A program made the position numbers and the translations under genes. The notes under the pieces were generated by a model. That model was not told the origin of the DNA, made no database searches, and saw only the letters and a list, made by a program, of their open reading frames with translations. This document shows positions 10,120 through 21,406 of a stretch of DNA of 64,000 bases, piece after piece (within the stretch, counting starts at the first letter, position 1; every line of letters starts with the position of its first letter). Source of the DNA: an uncultured Acidimicrobiia bacterium (GTDB lineage Bacteria > Acidobacteriota > Terriglobia > Versatilivoradales > Versatilivoraceae); NCBI GenBank assembly GCA_963786955.1, contig CAWBAT010000004.1, positions 352,001 through 416,000 of the forward strand. The letters are read 5' to 3'.

Positions 10120-12804
10120 TTATTCACCACTTTGTTGAAGGAGTTTGGCAACCAGAGCCGTCCATCCTGTCTGATGGCTGGCACCGATACCGGCGCCGTT
10201 ATCGCCGTGGAAATATTCATAAAACAAGACGAGGTCTTTCCAATGTGGATCCGTCTGGAACTTCCCTGCCCCGCCGTGCACCGGTCGGTGACCGTTGTCT
10301 CCTTGCAGGAAGATGCGGTTCAACCGTCGAGAAATCTCAGCGGCCACTTCCCATAGGGTCATCATTTGTCCCGAGCCGGTGGGGCATTCAACCTTATACT
10401 CGCTTCCAAGGTAGTGATGGAATTTCTGTAACGATTCAATCAAGAGATAATTCACAGGAAACCAAATCGGACCGCGCCAGTTGGAGTTGCCGCCAAACAA
10501 CGGCGAGCTGGATTCGGCCGGCTCATAATCGACGCGGTGCACGTGCCCGTCGACTTGAAGCATGTACGGATTGTCCAGATGGTATTGAGAGAGTGCCCGG
10601 ATACCGTAAGGGGAGAGAAACTCCTTTTCATCCAACATCACTTTCAGGATGCGACGCAACCGCTCCCGGCCCACGATCGAGAGTAGCCGCCTCTCGCCCA
10701 TGCCGGGTCGGCGCATGGAGGCAAGATTGGTGGTTAGATCGCGACGGTAGGTGGTAAACCATTCCAACCGTCTCTTAAATCCAGGAAGACGGTCTAACAT
10801 TTCCGGTTCTAAAGTTTCAACCGCGAAAAGCGGGATCAGCCCTACCATGGAACGCACTTTCAAAGGATAATTCTTCCCTTCTGAAAGATGGAGCACGTCA
10901 TAGAAGAAACCATCCTCTTCATTCCACATTTCGATGCCATCCTGTCCACGGTGATTCATGGCATATGCAATGTAGACAAAGTGCTCCCAAAACTTGCTGG
11001 CCACGTCCTCGTAGGAAGGATCTTCGTGAGCCAGTTCCATGGCAATCGCTAATAAGTTCAGGGCATACATGGCCATCCAACCAGTGCCGTCAGACTGCTC
11101 GATATGCCCTCCGGTTGGGAGCGGAGCGCTTCGATCAAAGACACCGATATTATCCAAGCCCAGGAAGCCGCCCTGAAAGATGTTTTTGCCCTCCGCATCC
11201 TTTCGGTTGACCCACCAGGTGAAGTTGAGCAAAAGTTTTTGAAAGACACGCTTCAGGAAATCGATATCTCCCTTCCCGCGCCGTTTTTTTTCAATCTTGT
11301 AGACGCGCCAGGCAGCCCAGGCGTGCACCGGCGGATTGACATCCCCATAGGACCATTCGTAAGCCGGTAACTGGCCATTGGGATGCATATACCATTCCCG
11401 TAACATCAAGAGGAGCTGCTCTTTGGCAAAGTCAGAATCGACCAAAGCCAGGGGAACACAGTGGAACGCCAGGTCCCAGGCGGCATACCAGGGGTATTCC
11501 CACTTGTCAGGCATCGAAATAACGTCGGCGTTATAGAGGTGTGTCCACTCATGGTTACGGCCATGATATCGTTCCGGCGGCGGAACCGGCTCCCGTTCAT
11601 CCCCTTCCAGCCAATCTCTTACAACATAGTGGTAGAACTGCTTCGACCAGAGCAGGCCTGCAAATCCCTGACGCATGACTTGTTTAGCGTCGGGCGATAA
11701 GCCGGCAGGGGTAACCGTCTTGTAGAATTCCTCCGCTTCCTGCTGGCGTAGGACAAAGATCCGATCGAAATCTTTTTTGAGCAGGGCTCCCTCAGAGACA
11801 GCGAAGTTCGGAAGGGTCAGACGAAGTCGAACGGTGGCTGATTCGCCCGGTTTGACCGACATGGGATAGGAAGCGGCCATCTTCGTTCCAAACTGATCCG
11901 GATTGACTGCTTCCCGAATGCCGTGAACGATGTAGTCATTAATGCCGTCCTTGGCAAACCTGGAGTTATTCTCCGCGTGATAGAGCCGGCGGCAGTTTGT
12001 CTCATTTTCGGTGAAGAGCAGTTTCGGGGACGCCTCGCAGTAGAGACGGCGTTCCCCCATCACGGGATGCGTGATGGCAACTGCCGTCAGGCGCGAGTCT
12101 ATTAGTTTGGAAAGGATTGGCTTGGGCTCTCGACCGTTCCAACTCCAGGTATTACGGAACCAGATCGTGGGCAGAAGATGCAAGTAGGCAGTCTCGGGGC
12201 CACGATTGATGGCACTAATTTTAACCAGAATGTCTTCCACGCCGCCTTTGGCGTATTCGACAAAGACATCGAAATAACGGTCTTCCTCGAAGACTCCGGT
12301 GTCGACGAGTTCGTACTCCTGACTTCGTCTGTCGCGACGGCTATTCTCTTCGACCAGTTGCGCATAGGGGAAAGCAGCTTGAGGGTATTTATAGAGATAC
12401 TTCATGTAGGAATGAGTGGGCGTGCTGTCTAAGTAAAAGTAGTACTCCTTTACATCTTCCCCATGATTCCCTTGGCTTCCCGTCAAGCCAAAAAGACGCT
12501 CCTTGAGAATGGGATCTTTCCCATTCCAAAGCGCCAGGGAAAAACAGATGTACTGATGTCTGTCGGAAATTCCGGCCAAACCGTCTTCATTCCAGCGATA
12601 GGCCTTGGAACGCGCCTGGTCATGCGGGAGATAGCTCCAGGCTTCACCATTTGAACTGTAATCTTCCCGGACGGTTCCCCAAGCCCGTTCGCTGAGATAG
12701 GGCCCCCAGCGCTTCCAGTGCGCTTTCCGTTCTTCTGAGGCCTGCAGTCTTTTCTCTTCTTCAGTCACGATGGATTCTCCTTGCAAATGAACCCACCCTT
12801 GCAC
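10120..12804 (-). CDS. MGH1-like / GH63-related glycoside hydrolase (glucosidase)
   Basis: [52 protein letters not shown]; start may be GTG near 12768. Confidence 0.88.
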   Translation of the reverse strand: MQGWVHLQGESIVTEEEKRLQASEERKAHWKRWGPYLSERAWGTVREDYSSNGEAWSYLPHDQARSKAYRWNEDGLAGISDRHQYICFSLALWNGKDPILKERLFGLTGSQGNHGEDVKEYYFYLDSTPTHSYMKYLYKYPQAAFPYAQLVEENSRRDRRSQEYELVDTGVFEEDRYFDVFVEYAKGGVEDILVKISAINRGPETAYLHLLPTIWFRNTWSWNGREPKPILSKLIDSRLTAVAITHPVMGERRLYCEASPKLLFTENETNCRRLYHAENNSRFAKDGINDYIVHGIREAVNPDQFGTKMAASYPMSVKPGESATVRLRLTLPNFAVSEGALLKKDFDRIFVLRQQEAEEFYKTVTPAGLSPDAKQVMRQGFAGLLWSKQFYHYVVRDWLEGDEREPVPPPERYHGRNHEWTHLYNADVISMPDKWEYPWYAAWDLAFHCVPLALVDSDFAKEQLLLMLREWYMHPNGQLPAYEWSYGDVNPPVHAWAAWRVYKIEKKRRGKGDIDFLKRVFQKLLLNFTWWVNRKDAEGKNIFQGGFLGLDNIGVFDRSAPLPTGGHIEQSDGTGWMAMYALNLLAIAMELAHEDPSYEDVASKFWEHFVYIAYAMNHRGQDGIEMWNEEDGFFYDVLHLSEGKNYPLKVRSMVGLIPLFAVETLEPEMLDRLPGFKRRLEWFTTYRRDLTTNLASMRRPGMGERRLLSIVGRERLRRILKVMLDEKEFLSPYGIRALSQYHLDNPYMLQVDGHVHRVDYEPAESSSPLFGGNSNWRGPIWFPVNYLLIESLQKFHHYLGSEYKVECPTGSGQMMTLWEVAAEISRRLNRIFLQGDNGHRPVHGGAGKFQTDPHWKDLVLFYEYFHGDNGAGIGASHQTGWTALVAKLLQQSGE

Positions 12805-12831
12805 CCCTGAAGTTGTGAAAGAATTGGAAAA

Positions 12832-12909
12832 CGCCGCGTGGGGTCACGCGGCCTACAATGATTTCAAAGGGCTTGCCACCGGTTTGTAGGCCGGGTCCCC
12901 CGACCCGGC
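12832..12909. repeat. GTAG-type REP doublet, family also at 36020-36073
   Basis: CGCCGCGTGGGGTCACGCGGCCTACA ... TGTAGGCCGGGTCCCCCGACCCGGCG. Confidence 0.7.
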
Positions 12910-13092
12910 GGAATTCTTTCACACCTTCCCTCCGTTGGAGGGGAATTGCGAAAAATACCTTCATGGAGAGAATGCAAGGGAGAGTCATATTCACGATCGT
13001 ATTGATACAGTCTTGTACTTCGCTGACATGATCTGCTGCTTCAACTAATGATCTTCTCTCACTAACTGAAGCCAGTGCCTGCACTGTACAAT

Positions 13093-14214
13093 CTAATGTT
13101 CAACCAACTCCAAAGCGTGACCATCGGGATCGCGGACCAGGAATGCTTTATGGAACCCCAAGCTCCTCTCCTCGAAGGATAGGACTCCGGATGAGATCAG
13201 GGCGGCCTTTGTTGTTAACAAGGATTGGAAGGCGTCTTTCGCATTCCGGGTGAGTAACTGGGTCTGCCAATGGATGAGATCATTCGCCTTTTCATCTTGG
13301 GGAACAGGTCTCCCATCCCGTGGCGCCAAGTATTCCAGAAGCTCGATTCCAGGTCCCGAAATTGCCCGGAGGCTGGTGATTCGCAGCCTGGCGCCAAAAA
13401 CATTGTTGAGGTGTTCCTGTTCAGTATCGTAGTTCTCACTTTCACCCGCAATCGTTAGGCCCAGGGCGTCCCGATAAAATCGCAAACTCACTTCGGTGTC
13501 TTTCACCACGATTGCCGTGTGGTCGATACCTAAGAACAACGGGCCATCGGAGCGCTGCCATTTGGAATCGCCCTTACCTGGCGGAAATTGGAGGATCTCC
13601 AAAAAATGGCCGTCCGGGTCTCTGAAGTAGAAAGCCTGAATCCCAGCCGCATTTTTGTTCCAGGCGGGCAGGCGCTGGGGTCCGGAGGAAGCATGCTCGA
13701 CTTTGTGCTGTCGCAACCAGCCATAAGCCTTGTCCATATCGCTCACGATAATGGCAATATGTTGGAACCAAAGGTCATTACTTCGCGAGTCAACTGGAAC
13801 CGGCCTGCCTCGAGGAGCCAAATATTCGGTCAACTCAATGAATTCGTCTCCCAATTTCATGCGAACCAGACGCATGCGCAATCCAAATACTCCCTGCAGT
13901 TGCTCAAAGTCACGCCCGGTAACTTCGACCTCAGAAACCTTTTCGAAAGAGAGTACCTTTGAGAAGAATTCGACGGAGCGGTCCGCGTCACTGACGGTCA
14001 TCCCAACAGCATGAACTGAACGAACCAGGGGTTTAGGGTGATCCACCTGAGCCAGCAAAGGGAGAGAGGTGGAACAAAAGAGCGCGACCCAGAAGAGTCT
14101 ATCCAACCCCAGGGTCTTCATCCGGATTGACCATTTCGAAGGCGGCATTGAGGCTGAGGCATCTGTCCCTCGCCTGTTGGAATGCGCCAATCGACTTTCG
14201 TCAATATTCTTCAT
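13093..14214 (-). CDS. Exported two-domain VOC / glyoxalase family protein
   Basis: Signal-like N-terminus; QHIAIIV, RDPDGHFLE, IDHTAIVV, RDPDGHALE. Confidence 0.85.
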   Translation of the reverse strand: MKNIDESRLAHSNRRGTDASASMPPSKWSIRMKTLGLDRLFWVALFCSTSLPLLAQVDHPKPLVRSVHAVGMTVSDADRSVEFFSKVLSFEKVSEVEVTGRDFEQLQGVFGLRMRLVRMKLGDEFIELTEYLAPRGRPVPVDSRSNDLWFQHIAIIVSDMDKAYGWLRQHKVEHASSGPQRLPAWNKNAAGIQAFYFRDPDGHFLEILQFPPGKGDSKWQRSDGPLFLGIDHTAIVVKDTEVSLRFYRDALGLTIAGESENYDTEQEHLNNVFGARLRITSLRAISGPGIELLEYLAPRDGRPVPQDEKANDLIHWQTQLLTRNAKDAFQSLLTTKAALISSGVLSFEERSLGFHKAFLVRDPDGHALELVEH

Positions 14215-15803
14215 TTCAGTCTCTCCAAGAGGTGATCCCCGACTCGAAGAGCGTTGGCTATGATCGTGAGCGCAGGATTCACGGCAGCGCTAGACACGAA
14301 GAAACTCCCATCGACAACGTAGAGATTATCTACCTCGTGAGCCTTACAGTTGGAGTCGAGCGCCGAGGTTTTCGGGTCCCGGCCAAACCGAATCGTCCCA
14401 TTTTGGTGTGCAACTCCTGCCAATGGGATGCGTTGGCCCGCATACAAGTTTCTGGAAAAAAGCCCTTGGTGGCACTCATGACCATGTACTGAACACTCCG
14501 TTTGTTGCTTCATCAGATTTTGGAGTTTAGCGATGAGCCGGCGGTGGGGTTCCTCGTTGTTGGGCCGATAAGAGAGGACGATGTTCCCCTGCCGGTCAAG
14601 TGTGACCCGGTTGTTGGGATCGGGGAGGTCCTCGGACGTGAGCCAGAAGTCCAACGAGTGACTTGCCATCAAGTCAAGTGTCCAGCCTGGAGCAATCGCA
14701 GGCGCACCGGCCTTTAAGGTGATTCCATCTAGCTTGCCGACAAAGGAAATGTGACCCATTGGATATTCCCATTCTTTGGAGCCAAAGTAGAAATCGTTAA
14801 CAGCCAATGTCTTTTGAAATACCGTCGGATTTGGACATTTGGAAATTGCCATCAAGACAGAATTCACATGGCCCATGTAATGGCGTCCAACCACATCCGA
14901 GCCATTTGCCAACCCGCGGGGGTGTTTATCGTTAGCCGAACGCAGGAGTAGCGCGGCAGAATTAATGGCTCCACAGGCGACCACAACAACGTTGGCAGCA
15001 AGACTTAAAGTCTTTCCTTCATGCTCCACAACCACCTGACTTACTTCCCCTCCTGAAGGGCTTGTCTCCAATCGCTTGACGAATGCGCCGGTTAGTAAGC
15101 TGACGTTGGGGTGTTGTAAGGCAGGGTCAACACAAAGAACCTGGGCGTCCGATTTGGCGTAGACCAGGCAAGGAAAACCATCACAGGTGTCACAACGAAT
15201 GCATCGACTGGCTTGGCGATCTTTTTCATTTAGCTGAATCCCCAGGGGCACATGAAAAGGCCGGAGCCCGAGTCGGGCGAAATCTTCGCTCAATTGTTCA
15301 ATGCGAGGCTCGTGGCTGACAGGTGGATGCGGGTAAGGGGCGCTGGCGATCGGGTCCGTCGGATCTTCTCCGCGCAGACCGTGCACCTGGTACAGGCGCT
15401 CCGCCTCCAGGTAGTAGGGCTCCAAGTCTTCGTAAGATATGGGCCAGGCGGGAGAAATTCCGTCATGGTGCCGGATCTCTCCAAAGTCTTCTTTGCGCAG
15501 GCGGAAAAGGGCAGCTCCGTAGAACTTGGTGTTTCCACCGACATTGTAGTTGGTATGGGGATGAAGCGGCTTTCCGTCCTTGTCGAACCACAGCTCTTTG
15601 GTGTTGTATTTTGCATCAACGTTGACAACCTTGCTGTTCCAGTTGTCTTTCTCGCGGAGAACATACTCGCCCCGCTCGAGCATTAGGATCTTTTTTCCAG
15701 AAGGAGCCAGGCGATGCGCCAACGTGCCTCCTCCCGCTCCGGTTCCGATGATGATCACGTCATAATGGTTTTGAGACTGCATCCGTTTCTCCTTGGCTGG
15801 CAA
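14211..15803 (-). CDS. GMC family oxidoreductase
   Basis: IIGTGAGGG FAD motif, CIRCDTCDGFPC, HQNGT, VNPALT; probable start 15782. Confidence 0.9.
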   Translation of the reverse strand: MPAKEKRMQSQNHYDVIIIGTGAGGGTLAHRLAPSGKKILMLERGEYVLREKDNWNSKVVNVDAKYNTKELWFDKDGKPLHPHTNYNVGGNTKFYGAALFRLRKEDFGEIRHHDGISPAWPISYEDLEPYYLEAERLYQVHGLRGEDPTDPIASAPYPHPPVSHEPRIEQLSEDFARLGLRPFHVPLGIQLNEKDRQASRCIRCDTCDGFPCLVYAKSDAQVLCVDPALQHPNVSLLTGAFVKRLETSPSGGEVSQVVVEHEGKTLSLAANVVVVACGAINSAALLLRSANDKHPRGLANGSDVVGRHYMGHVNSVLMAISKCPNPTVFQKTLAVNDFYFGSKEWEYPMGHISFVGKLDGITLKAGAPAIAPGWTLDLMASHSLDFWLTSEDLPDPNNRVTLDRQGNIVLSYRPNNEEPHRRLIAKLQNLMKQQTECSVHGHECHQGLFSRNLYAGQRIPLAGVAHQNGTIRFGRDPKTSALDSNCKAHEVDNLYVVDGSFFVSSAAVNPALTIIANALRVGDHLLERLK

Positions 15804-15811
15804 ACCTGCTG

Positions 15812-16753
15812 CTAGTTTTCTTTTGAATTTCTAAAGTCAAAACGCTCCGACGAAGGATTCTGCAGGAGTTCTGTAAAACCATTTGCATTGGGAAGAAGCT
15901 TGAATGCGGGCTGACCCTCGGACAGCATTTGCTCTGTAAGGCGGATTGAAGCTTTGCGATCCTTTTCAGGGCGGCGATTCCGATAATCACAAAAGATGCA
16001 GCGCTTATTGTTTTGATGGTGCAGCTTGGCGCAATGAATTCCCGCAACCCCTTTTTCTCTTAAGTAAACCTCGGCAGCCAATAGCATCCCAAGCGGCGGG
16101 GCCGTAAAGTAAATCCATAATCCTGTCCACGCCTGTGAGAAAAAGGCTGACCCCAACGTGCGAGCAGGATTCATGCTCATCCCCGAAAGCGGCGCCTCGA
16201 AGCTGATATAGATGGCCACCAACGTCCCCGCAAAAAGGCCGGTGTAGCGAGCCAGATGGGTGTCATTGGAGACTCTGAGGACCACCGTCATCATCAAAAA
16301 CGAGATAATGAACTCTGCCCCAAACGCGACAGCCGGTCCATATGAGCCTGGAACCGTGGCGACGTAGTTGACGGAAGGGTGACTGATAGGGATTTCCACA
16401 AATCTCGCTGCCAGCCAGACTCCGGCTGCCCCTCCGATGAATTGGGCTAACACATAAAACATCGCATCCTTAGCTTCCACCTTTCCCAGACGAAGAAATG
16501 TCAGAGTGAAAGATGGGTTCAGATGAGCTCCAGATTGCTTCCCCCACGGAGAATACACGATCCCTGCGGCCGTGAGCCCCATGGCAATTCCGATGAGGAT
16601 GCGCCGAAGAGTTGAATCCGCTAACACGCGATGCACTGGAGAATTGGGGTACTCCAGGAGGGCAACGAAAAGGCAAGCGGAGATCATGAAAATCCCTAAT
16701 CCTGCGGCTTCCATCAAATACTCAGGCCAGTGTCTTTTCAGAGAATCAAGCAT
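15812..16753 (-). CDS. Aquaporin / MIP channel with Cys/His-rich C-terminal tail
   Basis: SGAHLNPS and SMNPART loops, six hydrophobic helices. Confidence 0.9.
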   Translation of the reverse strand: MLDSLKRHWPEYLMEAAGLGIFMISACLFVALLEYPNSPVHRVLADSTLRRILIGIAMGLTAAGIVYSPWGKQSGAHLNPSFTLTFLRLGKVEAKDAMFYVLAQFIGGAAGVWLAARFVEIPISHPSVNYVATVPGSYGPAVAFGAEFIISFLMMTVVLRVSNDTHLARYTGLFAGTLVAIYISFEAPLSGMSMNPARTLGSAFFSQAWTGLWIYFTAPPLGMLLAAEVYLREKGVAGIHCAKLHHQNNKRCIFCDYRNRRPEKDRKASIRLTEQMLSEGQPAFKLLPNANGFTELLQNPSSERFDFRNSKEN

Positions 16754-17032
16754 TTAATCACCAGGAATGATTTTCATCGTGTTCATGCCAACGACGGGCA
16801 GTATTTATTCCAGGCAGGCTGATATTTTCTTTACGACCGGAAGAAAATGGATCTTTCCGTCAAGCCGCCGGAATAATTTGTCCAATATTGGGGATATCAA
16901 CACTGAGCGGTTAGCTCGTCCCATTAAGAAAATGTGAGGGCCCTCATGGTCTTGTCTACTAGTTTAGGCGCAACAAAGACGATCCAGGATAGCTTCCGTC
17001 AAAAATCGTAGCCGTAAGGAGGAAGAATCACT

Positions 17033-17467
17033 ATGCTCAATAGTGTCTCATCTAAGCGGATCGAAAGTGTGTACCGTTCCAAGTCTATTTTGATATTGGA
17101 CGAAGAAGGCCAGGCTAGTCAGAATCTCAAACAAAGCTTGGAAAAGTCAGGGTATCGAACTGAACTCCATCACTCGATCGGTGATTTTCGAATTGCTGAG
17201 TTGGACTTGGCAGGATTCGACCTGGTGATCTGTGACTTCGACAACGGCTTAGGAGTTTGGAAATTCCTCCTGGACCGGATTCACACTCAGAAACTACTTA
17301 CTCAACTAGTTGTCATTTCGAAAAAAGCCAGGGAATCCGAGTGGTATGAGGCGCTTCAATTGGGCGTCTTTGATTTCCTCATCAAGCCTTATTCAACGCC
17401 CGAGGTCTTAAGTATTGTCTCCAGTGCCTTATTAATGAACTATTCTCGCAAATTCCAAACCGCATGA
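17033..17467 (+). CDS. Single-domain response regulator (receiver)
   Basis: ILILDEE, VICD, GVFDFLIKP; GGAGG RBS. Confidence 0.75.
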   Translation: MLNSVSSKRIESVYRSKSILILDEEGQASQNLKQSLEKSGYRTELHHSIGDFRIAELDLAGFDLVICDFDNGLGVWKFLLDRIHTQKLLTQLVVISKKARESEWYEALQLGVFDFLIKPYSTPEVLSIVSSALLMNYSRKFQTA

Positions 17468-18414
17468 ACTCTCAGGAAATTCAACGGAAAGTGATGACCG
17501 ACCTGCCACCGAATTTGACGCATCTAAAGAATAATCTTGGCAATTCTCTAGACTTGATAGTTCCAGAAGGAGGGCGAGAGCAACCTCATACCCTCGCTTG
17601 TACTGAGATTTGGGGAGGAAACCGAAAAGTAACTCGAAGCATCAGAATGCCCGGGCTTTCTGGTTGGGTAACCTCAATCCCCGTCAATGAGGAAGAAGGG
17701 GGTGATCTTCATTTCCTGTCTGTGTGCGACATTGACTTGATTTCCCGAGTGGCATTGGCTGACGTCAGTGGACATGGGCAGGAGGTGAGTCATGCCACGC
17801 AGACACTCCACCGATTGATGCAAGAAAATGTGAATGCCTGGGACCAAACAGACTTAATGTGCGAATTGAATCAAGCCTTTCGCAAAGACGGAGAGGGGAA
17901 ATATGCAACCGCCATATTTTTGAGCTTTCATCGCCTAAAAGGGCGGCTGGCGTTCAGCAATGCCGGTCATTTGCCCCCTCTCTGGTATCAGGCTGCCAAT
18001 CGCACTTGGCGTTGGCTTGAAGAAATACCGGTTCCTAAAACCAAGAAGATATCCGGATTACCAGTCGGGCTAATTTCCGGCACAAATTATTTGCAGACCG
18101 TGCTGCATCTGGCCCCCATGGACTTACTCGTTCTTTATACGGACGGCATCACTGAAGCCGAAAATGCAAGTGGACAAGACCTGGGACGTGGGCAGCTTCT
18201 GGATTGGGCTCGTCTTGCCCCGACTGACAATCCTGAGGCAACCGGGAAATATATCATGCAGCGCTTACAGTCCTTCCAAGGCAACGGTCGACTGGATGAT
18301 GCAACCCTGTTGGTCTTGCAGCGCGAACGGGAATCCATCCCTTTAGTCCTGGGTGAATTGGCTCGGAGTTATGCCACCCAACGGTTGGGGAACCTTTGGA
18401 AATCAAATACCTAA
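17464..18414 (+). CDS. PP2C / SpoIIE-family Ser/Thr phosphatase
   Basis: GGD, ADVSGHG, NAGH, LYTDGITEA, DDATL. Confidence 0.88.
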   Translation: MNSQEIQRKVMTDLPPNLTHLKNNLGNSLDLIVPEGGREQPHTLACTEIWGGNRKVTRSIRMPGLSGWVTSIPVNEEEGGDLHFLSVCDIDLISRVALADVSGHGQEVSHATQTLHRLMQENVNAWDQTDLMCELNQAFRKDGEGKYATAIFLSFHRLKGRLAFSNAGHLPPLWYQAANRTWRWLEEIPVPKTKKISGLPVGLISGTNYLQTVLHLAPMDLLVLYTDGITEAENASGQDLGRGQLLDWARLAPTDNPEATGKYIMQRLQSFQGNGRLDDATLLVLQRERESIPLVLGELARSYATQRLGNLWKSNT

Positions 18415-18454
18415 CCAGCAAAATGAAGCGCTGTGATGAAACCAACCAACGAAA

Positions 18455-18539
18455 CCTGGAGTGCGGCCGCTTTCGTCCACGAGCTCGTTCGCGGAGGTCA
18501 CCGGCCCGAGATAGTCGTTACACGTTTGTACGGCCAACA
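18455..18539 (+). repeat. Left copy of 74-bp direct repeat plus 12-bp outer inverted repeat
   Basis: 18466-18539 matches 24596-24669 (9 mismatches by eye); CCTGGAGTGCGG at 18455 is the reverse complement of 24701-24712. Confidence 0.8.
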
Positions 18540-18642
18540 GAAAGAGTCATCTCGGTCCCTTGCGGAGCCAATGCGACGGCTGCCCGCAGCAGTGAGGTGT
18601 TCGAAGAGCAAGCGCGAAGGCTGCCAGATATCGCGAGGATTA

Positions 18643-19188
18643 CTATGGGACTGTTTCCTTTCGGTTTGTTGTGCCTGCCTGCAGCAAACCGCTGATCACC
18701 GGTGCCAGAGCGTCTACGAAGACATTCCTAAAACGCGACCATCTTCCTGGGTATGGTAGATGGATGAACGGGCCGCGCCAATCTGCACGTAAAGCGGCAT
18801 GCGTCACGTTGCCCTCAATTGATCGGACCACTGTAGCGATCATCGCCGGTCGAAGCTGGGCTATCGCCCGCGAAAGCGACTCCTCACTGGCCCGGCCAGC
18901 AGCCCGGCGCGATCTTGGCTCCAAATGGTCGATGGGTTCCGGACATAGGTCGATCAAATAGCAACCCAAGGCTTGAAACACAGCCAGAAACCTTGCGTCG
19001 CCGATTGAAGGGTCCACCACACGGAAGGTGTCTCGCATCGCTCGATAGAGTCCCGAGTCGCCCCGGTAGAAAAATCGGCCCGAAGCTGGCGGAGACTCTC
19101 CGATGAAAAGCAGCGTCACATCGGTCGGGCGAAAACTGCGCCTCAAACGTTCCCGCTGGCGTAGATCCGGAGTGTCACCATGCGGCAC
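18643..19188 (-). CDS. Uracil-DNA glycosylase-like superfamily protein
   Basis: LLFIGESPP motif, FFY, YLIDLC, HLPYPG. Confidence 0.6.
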   Translation of the reverse strand: MPHGDTPDLRQRERLRRSFRPTDVTLLFIGESPPASGRFFYRGDSGLYRAMRDTFRVVDPSIGDARFLAVFQALGCYLIDLCPEPIDHLEPRSRRAAGRASEESLSRAIAQLRPAMIATVVRSIEGNVTHAALRADWRGPFIHLPYPGRWSRFRNVFVDALAPVISGLLQAGTTNRKETVP

Positions 19189-19841
19189 GTGAGGCTACTC
19201 CTGTCCGAAGGATCTTGACCTTCTGGTTCACTTTGATTTTGCCACTCTGGACGACGTCGCAATTCAGCGCGAGCTTGCCGCCAAAGCGCTTCACAATATC
19301 CCGCAAGACATTCGGGTCGTGGGCGAGGGTATCGGGATCGAAGGTCGTCATAATGCACCGGCCCCGAAGATCCTGGATGCCGACCACCACATCGCCAATG
19401 ACGGATTGACCCCCTTCCCACTCCCGCTCCTCAAGGCCGTTGACTCCTCCAATAACGATGTTGGGTCGAAGGCGTCGCCGATCTCGTCCAAATGCCGCGA
19501 TCGCGCCATCTGTTGCGACCAAAAGAGGGAGGATGTCAAAGCGATCCAAGCTCTCGTCGTGGACTAGCTTCGCGCCCGGTCCGACGATTTCTTGCACGGC
19601 CGAAAGAACGCTCGGGTCGGTCCATGGCCGGTCGCCAACCATTGGATTGCCGTTTTCGTTCAGCGTGGCACGGAATCCGAGAAGCCCAGGATAGGTTCGC
19701 GACGTGACCGTCCGGCCCTGCGCGTTCCGAACCTGTATGATGCGGTCGCCATCGATCCCTGTCGCGAGTCAAGCTGGCACTCTGAAGTTGTTCGCCAGCC
19801 ATGGACTTTACCGGATACCGCCAGATCTCTTTGACGTACAT
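19175..19841 (-). CDS. MOSC domain protein; +1 frameshift near 19760
   Basis: IWRYPVKSMAGE in one frame; RRLRPNIVI and RGRCIMTT in the other. Confidence 0.8.
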
Positions 19842-19992
19842 TTCTCTCCTCCATTAGTTCGGCAACTCACCGCCTCTTGCCGTTCAGGCGCTCAGATCGA
19901 TCACCAGCTTGCCGAAGTGGCCGGGAGCTTTGAGGTAGCGATAACAAGGGCGCTGCGCCGATGCGCGGCGAGGTCTGATACGGGCCCGACAA

Positions 19993-20409
19993 CTAGCCGA
20001 TACGACGCTCTGTGATTGCGATCTCGGCGTCGTTGATGCTCGCCAGACGGCGCCGCATCAAACCCTCTTCATCGAACTCCCATAATTCGTTACCGTAGGA
20101 CCTGTACCACTGGCCGTTCGCGTCGTGCCACTCGTATTCGAAGCTCACTGCGATCCGGTTTTCGGTAAACGCCCACAGGGTTTTCTTGAGCCGGTAATCT
20201 AGTTCCTTCGCCCACTTGCGATGCAGGAAGGCTCTGATTTCGTCCCGTCCCCGAAGGAACTCGGCACGATTGCGCCATTCGGAATCGGGTGAGTAAGCCA
20301 GTGCCACGCGCTCCGGATCCCGCGAGTTCCAAGCGTCTTCGGCCAGCTGGACTTTCCTGGTCGCAGTCTCCACCGTGAAAGGCGGGACGATCGGTGCTGA
20401 GAGTGTCAT
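19993..20409 (-). CDS. NTF2-like DUF1348 family protein
   Basis: [33 protein letters not shown]; start MTLSAP. Confidence 0.85.
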   Translation of the reverse strand: MTLSAPIVPPFTVETATRKVQLAEDAWNSRDPERVALAYSPDSEWRNRAEFLRGRDEIRAFLHRKWAKELDYRLKKTLWAFTENRIAVSFEYEWHDANGQWYRSYGNELWEFDEEGLMRRRLASINDAEIAITERRIG

Positions 20410-20473
20410 GCTTGCACGTTTCCTTTCCGGCGGGACCGAGTCGGCCCCGCCATCAATGTTTTCAGACGGTCGC

Positions 20474-21361
20474 CTATTGGCTTGCTTTGCCGATCGCCTT
20501 CTGATTGTAGAAGCGATGCATGCCCTCGGCAATCTCATTCAGCGAGTCCTCGACAGCGAAATGACCCGCCGCCAACCGATGCATCTCCGCCTTGGGCAGA
20601 TCCTTCAGATACGCTTCGCCGCCTTCAGGAGTGAAGAAAACGTCGTCTTGTCCCCAGAAGATGATCGTCTTAGGCTGCCGCTCTCTCAAGAAGGCCTGCC
20701 ATTTCGGATAAAGCTCGACGTTGGTGCGGTAGTCATAGAACAGATCGAGTTGCACCCGGCGCGCATTGGGACGCTGCATGAAACCGAAGTCGGATTTCCA
20801 GTTGTCCGGGCTGATCCGTTCCGGGTTCTTTGCACCAAAGAGGTAGATGCCCTTGATCGCGTCCTCCTCCAGGAATGCTGCCAGCGGTGCTTCGGTTTCT
20901 GGGCTCCGGTTCTTCCAAAGGGCGCCACGGAATCCGTCCCAAGCCTTGGTGAAACCGATTTCGTAGGCGTTGGTGTTCTGAATGATCAGCCAATCGAGGG
21001 CTTCGGGGTGGCGCGTCACAATCCGGAAACCGACAGGGCCGCCGTAGTCCTGAACGAACAGGCCGTAGTGATCGAAGCCCCGGTCCTGGAGGAATGCCTC
21101 GGTCACCTCAGACAGTTTGTCGAAAGTGTAGGCGAAGCTTGCCGGATCGGGCATGTCACTATTCCCGAATCCCGGATAGTCGGGAGCAATCACGTGGAAT
21201 CGCGTGGCGAGCGTTGGGATCAGGTCCCTGTACTGGTGAGAGGATGAGGGAAAGCCGTGCAGCAGAACGAGCTTCGGACCGGTGGCGTCTCCCGCCTCGC
21301 GGTAAGCAATATTCAAGCCTTGAACGGTGGCTGTCCGGTAGTAGGTTGGCGGTCTTGTCAT
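20474..21361 (-). CDS. Alpha/beta hydrolase (epoxide hydrolase / dehalogenase-like)
   Basis: LHGFPSS, QDYGGP nucleophile, AGHF. Confidence 0.9.
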   Translation of the reverse strand: MTRPPTYYRTATVQGLNIAYREAGDATGPKLVLLHGFPSSSHQYRDLIPTLATRFHVIAPDYPGFGNSDMPDPASFAYTFDKLSEVTEAFLQDRGFDHYGLFVQDYGGPVGFRIVTRHPEALDWLIIQNTNAYEIGFTKAWDGFRGALWKNRSPETEAPLAAFLEEDAIKGIYLFGAKNPERISPDNWKSDFGFMQRPNARRVQLDLFYDYRTNVELYPKWQAFLRERQPKTIIFWGQDDVFFTPEGGEAYLKDLPKAEMHRLAAGHFAVEDSLNEIAEGMHRFYNQKAIGKASQ

Positions 21362-21406
21362 GATGGTGTTCTCCTTTGTAAGGGTTGTTTAGGGTTTAAA
21401 CCTCGG

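Noticed and set aside
18433-18759. Similar short ORFs at 18433 and 24482 as paralogous peptides
   Set aside because: Similarity comes from the DNA repeat; no RBS or domain support
20375-21247. 290-aa plus-strand ORF
   Set aside because: Antisense shadow of the alpha/beta hydrolase
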